Positions 36,095 through 41,143 of a DNA stretch of 41,143 nucleotides are shown here, in pieces. The first letter of the stretch is position 1, and each line of letters begins with the position of its first letter. Source of the stretch: a virus (Duplodnaviria > Caudoviricetes); IMG/VR virus record IMGVR_UViG_3300046779_000331, positions 1 to 41,143 of that record. One strand, given 5' to 3'. The notes beneath the pieces are model-generated. The model saw only the letters and a program-made list of their open reading frames with translations. It was not told the DNA's origin and ran no database searches. The position numbers and the translations under genes are program-made.

Positions 36095-36267
36095 TGAAGA
36101 AGCACCCAGGATTCAAGGCAGTACAGAAAAAGATTGCTGCTCGTCAAGGTGTATCAATGGAAGGTGCGGGTGCAATTCTTGCTGCGTCTGCGAGGAAAGC
36201 ATCTAAGCAGGCTGTGGCTAAGAACCCACGCCTAAAGCGTGTTACAGGGGTTAAGAAGGGTAAGTAA
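36094..36267 (+). CDS. Lys-rich 57-aa protein (not in ORF track)
   Basis: MKKHPGFKAVQKKIAARQG..KNPRLKRVTGVKKGK; TAATG at both ends. Confidence 0.75.
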   Translation: MKKHPGFKAVQKKIAARQGVSMEGAGAILAASARKASKQAVAKNPRLKRVTGVKKGK

Positions 36268-36662
36268 TGGCATATACCAAGGCAGCACTAAGAGAGCGTT
36301 TAAAGAATCAGATTATGTCTGGCTCTAAGGGTGGCAAGCCTGGTCAATGGTCTGCTCGTAAGGCACAGTTACTAGCACAGGCTTATAAAAAGGCAGGCGG
36401 TGGCTACTCAGGTAGCAAGACCAAGGCTCAGGCTTCTCTGTCCAAGTGGACAAAAGAGAAGTGGGGCACAAAGTCAGGCAAGCCCAGCACGCAGGGTCCA
36501 AAGGCTACTGGTGAGCGTTACCTACCCAAGCGGGCTAGACAGGCTCTATCAGCCTCTGAGTACGCTAAAACCACCGCTGCAAAGCGGGCTGGCATGAAGC
36601 AGGGCAAGCAGTTTGTAAGACAACCAAAATCTATAGCAAAGAAGACGGCAAAGTTCAGATGA
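36267..36662 (+). CDS. Basic protein, DUF5872-like
   Basis: GQWSARKAQLL..YKKAGGGY..LSKWTKEKW.T..ERYLP. Confidence 0.7.
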   Translation: MAYTKAALRERLKNQIMSGSKGGKPGQWSARKAQLLAQAYKKAGGGYSGSKTKAQASLSKWTKEKWGTKSGKPSTQGPKATGERYLPKRARQALSASEYAKTTAAKRAGMKQGKQFVRQPKSIAKKTAKFR

Positions 36663-36943
36663 AGAAAAAAGATTCTCGCCTAGCAAGGGCTGGGGTATCA
36701 GGCTTTAACAAGCCTAAGCGTACCCCTAACCACCCTAAGAAGTCTCATGTTGTCGTTGCCAAAGAAGGCAACGTAGTCAAGACAATCCGTTTTGGACAGC
36801 AGGGTGTAAGTGGTTCACCTAAGAAGGCTGGAGAGTCTGCTTCATATAGAAAGCGTCGTGAGTCTTTTAAGGCACGCCATGCAAAGAACATATCCAAAGG
36901 CAAACTAAGCGCAGCATACTGGGCAGATAAGGTCAAGTGGTAA
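36659..36943 (+). CDS. Basic conserved phage protein
   Basis: IRFGQQG..RRESFKARH..SAAYWADKVKW. Confidence 0.7.
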   Translation: MKKKDSRLARAGVSGFNKPKRTPNHPKKSHVVVAKEGNVVKTIRFGQQGVSGSPKKAGESASYRKRRESFKARHAKNISKGKLSAAYWADKVKW

Positions 36944-36944
36944 T

Positions 36945-37835
36945 ATGCCAGCACCATTAGTAGTTATAGGGGCAGGAGCAATTGCTCGCGCAGTTGCAGC
37001 GGCTGTTGCTAGAGAAGCAGCAAAGCAAGGTGTAAAAAAACTTACTGTTGCACAGACTCGTAAGATAGTCCGTCAAGAGGCTGCTAAACGTGGTATTAAA
37101 AAAGTATCACCTATTCAGGCTCGTCGTATTGCTGAAAATGTTGCAGGACCAAAGGCTAAAACACCAACGGGTCGAGTGCCAAGCAAAGTTGGTGGGGCAA
37201 AGACTGGTCCAGTAATTCGTATTACAGATAAAAAAACAACTGTAAGTACGCCAATGAAGCGTGGTGGAAAAACTAAAACAAAATCTCCTGTAACAAAAAG
37301 TTATCAAAAAGATAGAATAACGCCTGCTGACCGTCGTGAAGCAAAGGCTAGAGAACGCGTTCAGCGCGTTACTAAATTGCTTACACCGATTAAACCACGT
37401 GGCACAAAGTCTAGCGGTAAGGCAATCCAAGGTCCTAAAACTAATCCACGTACAGTTAGAGTTGCTAAACCTGGCAGAGCGACAGAAGAAAATAAATTAA
37501 TTACTGCGCCACGTCCAAAAGAAAACGGCAGAGTTAACGAAAGCCGTAGAATTGGAATGAGAGGTGCTGCAGAAGATTCAAGAAATGTGTCTCAACCATT
37601 AGGTAAAACACCAAGACAGCGCGAATTAGAGCAACGCCCTGATACAAACCGTGTTAGCGAATTACGTCCAAAAGACCCCGCTCAACGCGAAGCAGACAAG
37701 CGCGTTGCAGAAGGTTTAAAGAAATTAGAAAAGGGCAAAAAGGCTCGTCCAGATTTTCCTAAAACAAGAGCACGTGCTCCTAAATATCCAAGTTCAACAA
37801 GAGCACGTTTTAGACGACAGACTGGTGGAGAATAA
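36945..37835 (+). CDS. Long Lys/Arg-rich low-complexity protein with MPAPLV N-terminus
   Basis: 296 aa; ATG 1 nt after upstream stop. Confidence 0.7.
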   Translation: MPAPLVVIGAGAIARAVAAAVAREAAKQGVKKLTVAQTRKIVRQEAAKRGIKKVSPIQARRIAENVAGPKAKTPTGRVPSKVGGAKTGPVIRITDKKTTVSTPMKRGGKTKTKSPVTKSYQKDRITPADRREAKARERVQRVTKLLTPIKPRGTKSSGKAIQGPKTNPRTVRVAKPGRATEENKLITAPRPKENGRVNESRRIGMRGAAEDSRNVSQPLGKTPRQRELEQRPDTNRVSELRPKDPAQREADKRVAEGLKKLEKGKKARPDFPKTRARAPKYPSSTRARFRRQTGGE

Positions 37836-38758
37836 TGACAGCAACGCTTGATACACTAGCAGATGAAGTCATTATGAATCTTGCTGGCTATACGCTACAG
37901 CAAGACCGTACTACACACCTGACTACAAATATAACTACAACTACATCTACACTTGCTGCACCTACTACCTTCTCGCTTGATGCAGAAGAAATTGGTAGCG
38001 GTATTATTGAAATTGGCGATGAGTTGCTATGGGTAGATGCGTATGACCGCATTTCTAAGACTGCAACTATTCCGCCATATGGTCGTGGGTTTATGGGTAC
38101 TACTGCTACAACGCATGATGCTGGTGACAGAGTAGTTATTACTCCTACATTCCCACGCTCATCTGTTAAGCGTTCTATTCAGGATACTATCCGAGCCATT
38201 GGCTCGTCTATCTTTGCTGCAAAGAACACATCATTTACCTACAACTCAGTTGTAGATACATATGCTTTTACAGGATTAAATATTCAAAACATCCTACGTA
38301 TGTCATGGGAAGACATTGGCTCTAGTAAGCGATGGATTCCTATCAATAGATTTACTTGGGATTCATCCCCAGACACAACAGCATGGGGCGCTAACTCACA
38401 AACTGTAACTATTAATGACCGATATATTCATGCTGGTCGCAAGATTAATGTTACCTACGCAACAGCACCATCAACACTAAGCACATCATCTACTGATTCA
38501 TTTTCGGTACAGACGGGACTACCAGAATCAGTTAGGGACGTTGTTGTGCTTGGAGCATCATATCGATTGCTGTCGTTCCTAGACCCTGCACGCAATGCTC
38601 TAACCAGCCCACAGGCTGATGAACTAGACAGCAAGCGTCAGTATGGTTCTGGTAACACAGCAACACGTGCCCTATATCAACTATACGCAACACGCTTGGC
38701 TGAAGAAACTCAAGCACAGCAACAGCAATATCCCGTACGCCCACGCTACAGCCGATAG
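37835..38758 (+). CDS. Putative head-tail adaptor / tail tubular protein A-like
   Basis: Helical termini with beta core; directly precedes tail fibre; GGAG RBS. Confidence 0.5.
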   Translation: MTATLDTLADEVIMNLAGYTLQQDRTTHLTTNITTTTSTLAAPTTFSLDAEEIGSGIIEIGDELLWVDAYDRISKTATIPPYGRGFMGTTATTHDAGDRVVITPTFPRSSVKRSIQDTIRAIGSSIFAAKNTSFTYNSVVDTYAFTGLNIQNILRMSWEDIGSSKRWIPINRFTWDSSPDTTAWGANSQTVTINDRYIHAGRKINVTYATAPSTLSTSSTDSFSVQTGLPESVRDVVVLGASYRLLSFLDPARNALTSPQADELDSKRQYGSGNTATRALYQLYATRLAEETQAQQQQYPVRPRYSR

Positions 38759-38766
38759 GAATCTGA

Positions 38767-40593
38767 ATGACAACCCGTAAATACTCATCCCGTTCGCAGA
38801 GTACAACCCTTGCGTCATCTATTAACTCTGGCAGCAGTTCTATTACAGTTGTATCTGCATCGTCCCTTCTTGGCGGTGTGACTATTTCTGCTGGTGAAAC
38901 CTTCACAGTTGTCATTGACCCAGATACAGCACTTGAAGAAATTGTAGATGTATATAAGGTTGATGGTAACCCTGTATCTGGAAATATCCTAACAATTGTA
39001 AGAAACATTGATGGCTCTACACCACAGTCGCACTCTGCTGGTGCGGTTGTTCGTCATATGGCTATTGGTCGTGACTATACAGAAGCCAATCAGCATGCTA
39101 AGAATACAACGACTGCACATGGTCTTACAATCTCGGATGTAATTACAACTACAAATACTAAGACAATTACTAATAAGACAATTTCTGCAGCAGATAATAC
39201 ATTGACTGGTGTGGCTACTCTTACTGGTACACAGACTCTTACTAACAAAACTTTAACTAGCCCAACAATTAATGGCGGTACAGTATCTGCTGCTGCGGTA
39301 ACAGGGCTATCAGCCCCATCTGCAGGCGGAGACGCTGCTAATAAAACATATGTAGATGGAATTCTTGGTTCTGCTACAAGCGCTGCAACTAGCGCTAGTG
39401 CTGCTGCAGCAAGTGCTGCTGCTGCTTCTACTAGCGCAACTAACGCTGCTAGCAGTGCAAGTTCTGCATCAACCTCAGCAACAAATGCTGCCAACTCTGC
39501 AAGCACAGCGACTACACAGGCTGGTAACGCATCTACATCAGCAACTAATGCTGCTGCTTCCGCTAGCGCGGCAGCAGGGTCTGCATCAACTGCTACATCA
39601 CAGGCTACCGCAGCATCTGGCTCAGCAAGTGCTGCTGCCACATCTGCAACCAACGCAGCCAATAGTGCAACTGCAGCAGCCAACAGCGCAACCTCTGCAT
39701 CTAACAGCGCTACTTCTGCTTCTAACTCTTTAACTAGCGTAACTGGTTTAACTGGTGCTGGTGTTATCCGTGATATGGGTTCAATTACAGACCCAGATAC
39801 AACTACTGGTACATTTATTAGCCTATCAACGCTAACTACAAATGCTCAGACTGCAGCAACTAACTCATCTAACTCGGCTACTGCAGCAGCATCATCTGCA
39901 TCTGCAGCATCTGGCAGTGCTACAGCAGCAGCAGGGTCTGCTAGCGCAGCAGCAACTTCTGCGTCTAACGCAGCAGCATCTGATATTTCTGCACAGAACT
40001 GGGCAACTCAGACATCTGGACCAGTGGCTGGTGGAGAATATTCTGCTAAGTATCATGCACAGCAAGCAGCAACTTCGGCTACTAACTCTGCAAACTCAGC
40101 AACAGCCTCTGCCAACTCAGCAGCCTTGGCTGCTTCAGTAGTTGCATCTGCAGTATCGGGAACACTCTTTGATGCTAAAGGTGATTTGCTTGTAGGTACA
40201 GCCAATGATGCTGTATCTCGCCTTGCAGTAGGTGCTAATGGATACTTACTCACAGCGGATTCAGCAGAAGCAACTGGCGTAAAGTGGGCAGCAGCCCCTG
40301 TAAGCCTTCCATCACAGACTGGTCAAACTGGCAAGTACTTAACCACAGATGGCTCTACTGCATCTTGGGCAACTATCTCTGCAGATATTGAATCAGTTAC
40401 AGCAGGTACTGGCTTAACAGGTGGTGGCACATCTGGTGCTGTAACAGTAAGCCTTGATACAACTTCTGCTTATGTTGTGCCTTCACAGACTGGTGCAGCA
40501 GGCAAATATTTAACAAGCAACGGAACAGCAGCGTCTTGGGCAACCATTACAACAGACCCACTGCCACAAATTATGATGATGATGGGAGCATAA
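38767..40593 (+). CDS. Tail fibre protein with Ala/Ser/Thr-rich shaft
   Basis: QTLTNKTLTSP motif, SATNAA repeats, KGDLLVG..RLAVGANG, duplicated PSQTG..GKYLT..G..ASW. Confidence 0.85.
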   Translation: MTTRKYSSRSQSTTLASSINSGSSSITVVSASSLLGGVTISAGETFTVVIDPDTALEEIVDVYKVDGNPVSGNILTIVRNIDGSTPQSHSAGAVVRHMAIGRDYTEANQHAKNTTTAHGLTISDVITTTNTKTITNKTISAADNTLTGVATLTGTQTLTNKTLTSPTINGGTVSAAAVTGLSAPSAGGDAANKTYVDGILGSATSAATSASAAAASAAAASTSATNAASSASSASTSATNAANSASTATTQAGNASTSATNAAASASAAAGSASTATSQATAASGSASAAATSATNAANSATAAANSATSASNSATSASNSLTSVTGLTGAGVIRDMGSITDPDTTTGTFISLSTLTTNAQTAATNSSNSATAAASSASAASGSATAAAGSASAAATSASNAAASDISAQNWATQTSGPVAGGEYSAKYHAQQAATSATNSANSATASANSAALAASVVASAVSGTLFDAKGDLLVGTANDAVSRLAVGANGYLLTADSAEATGVKWAAAPVSLPSQTGQTGKYLTTDGSTASWATISADIESVTAGTGLTGGGTSGAVTVSLDTTSAYVVPSQTGAAGKYLTSNGTAASWATITTDPLPQIMMMMGA

Positions 40594-40596
40594 CTA

Positions 40597-40803
40597 ATGC
40601 CAAGTTCATTCGCAGTTCAACAGCGTAGAGGCACTACAGCACAACACGCTAGTTTTACAGGTTTGGCGGGAGAGATTACAATCGATACCGACAAAGACAC
40701 TATCGTGGTTCACGATGGGGTAACGGCTGGTGGTTATCCACTAGCAAAAGAATCAGCCTTGACTGAGGCTGGCTTTAATCCATTTCTACTAATAGGAGCA
40801 TAA
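40597..40803 (+). CDS. Mtd_N-like small tail-fibre protein (variant of 345-551)
   Basis: Same length, few amino-acid changes. Confidence 0.75.
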   Translation: MPSSFAVQQRRGTTAQHASFTGLAGEITIDTDKDTIVVHDGVTAGGYPLAKESALTEAGFNPFLLIGA

Positions 40804-40806
40804 TTA

Positions 40807-41136
40807 ATGCCAAATGTATACAAGGTCCTGGCACAATCTAACCCATCTGCCACAACCGCAACGACACTTTACACAGTGCCTGCAGCAACATCTGCAGTAA
40901 TTTCAACCATTACAGTATGTAACCAAGCAGCATCTGCTGGTTCATTTCGTATCGCAGTACGCCCAGGTGGAGCATCACTTGCTGCTCAGCACTATGTAGC
41001 GTACGACGTAGCAATTGCTGCTAATGATACAACAGCACTAACACTTGGTTTGACACTTGCAACAACTGACGTAGTAACAATCTACGCATCATCTGCAACA
41101 ATGTCATTCAACGCTTACGGCTCAGAGATTTCTTAA
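40807..41136 (+). CDS. Beta-rich small virion protein (variant of 555-884)
   Basis: Same length, mostly synonymous differences. Confidence 0.7.
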   Translation: MPNVYKVLAQSNPSATTATTLYTVPAATSAVISTITVCNQAASAGSFRIAVRPGGASLAAQHYVAYDVAIAANDTTALTLGLTLATTDVVTIYASSATMSFNAYGSEIS

Positions 41137-41143
41137 TAGGAGG

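Larger units (their letters stand above)
40253..41143 (+). repeat. Right copy of imperfect 891-bp terminal direct repeat
   Basis: Gap-free alignment to 1-891. Confidence 0.97.

Noticed and set aside
39090-39683. 197-aa Ala-rich minus-strand ORF
   Set aside because: Mirror of the low-complexity GCN/TCN codons of the tail fibre.

Overview
The window is an apparently complete, circularly permuted ~40.25 kb genome of a lytic tailed phage, probably podovirus-like (no tape measure, large internal virion proteins). WhiB, a DUF4192-like gene, an actinophage-type M15 endolysin and a split primase in a low-GC sequence point to a low-GC actinobacterial host such as freshwater acI (inference). The + strand arm (20265 to the end, continuing 1-7415) carries terminase, portal, three probable ejection proteins, scaffold, major capsid, many Lys/Arg-rich small proteins, adaptor, tail fibre, a six-gene paralog array, a nozzle-like protein and lysis genes. 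The - strand arm (19744 to 7598) carries early, replication and regulatory genes and ends in a tRNA-like gene. No DNA polymerase, integrase, reverse transcriptase or CRISPR array was recognised. Most notable: (1) a twice-repeated A-B-C triplet of 'LYGI' paralogs behind a small hub gene, suggesting modular heterotrimeric adhesins; (2) 891-bp terminal repeats only ~88% identical, diverging at the entry to that cassette; (3) an atypical tRNA followed by a three-way-junction RNA with complementary loops; (4) several intergenic pseudoknots, one able to mask a ribosome-binding site; (5) about nine highly basic proteins; (6) an endolysin that seems to need a non-canonical start codon; (7) apparent GATC/AGCT/CCGG avoidance. 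All family calls come from motif recognition by eye, not database searches.
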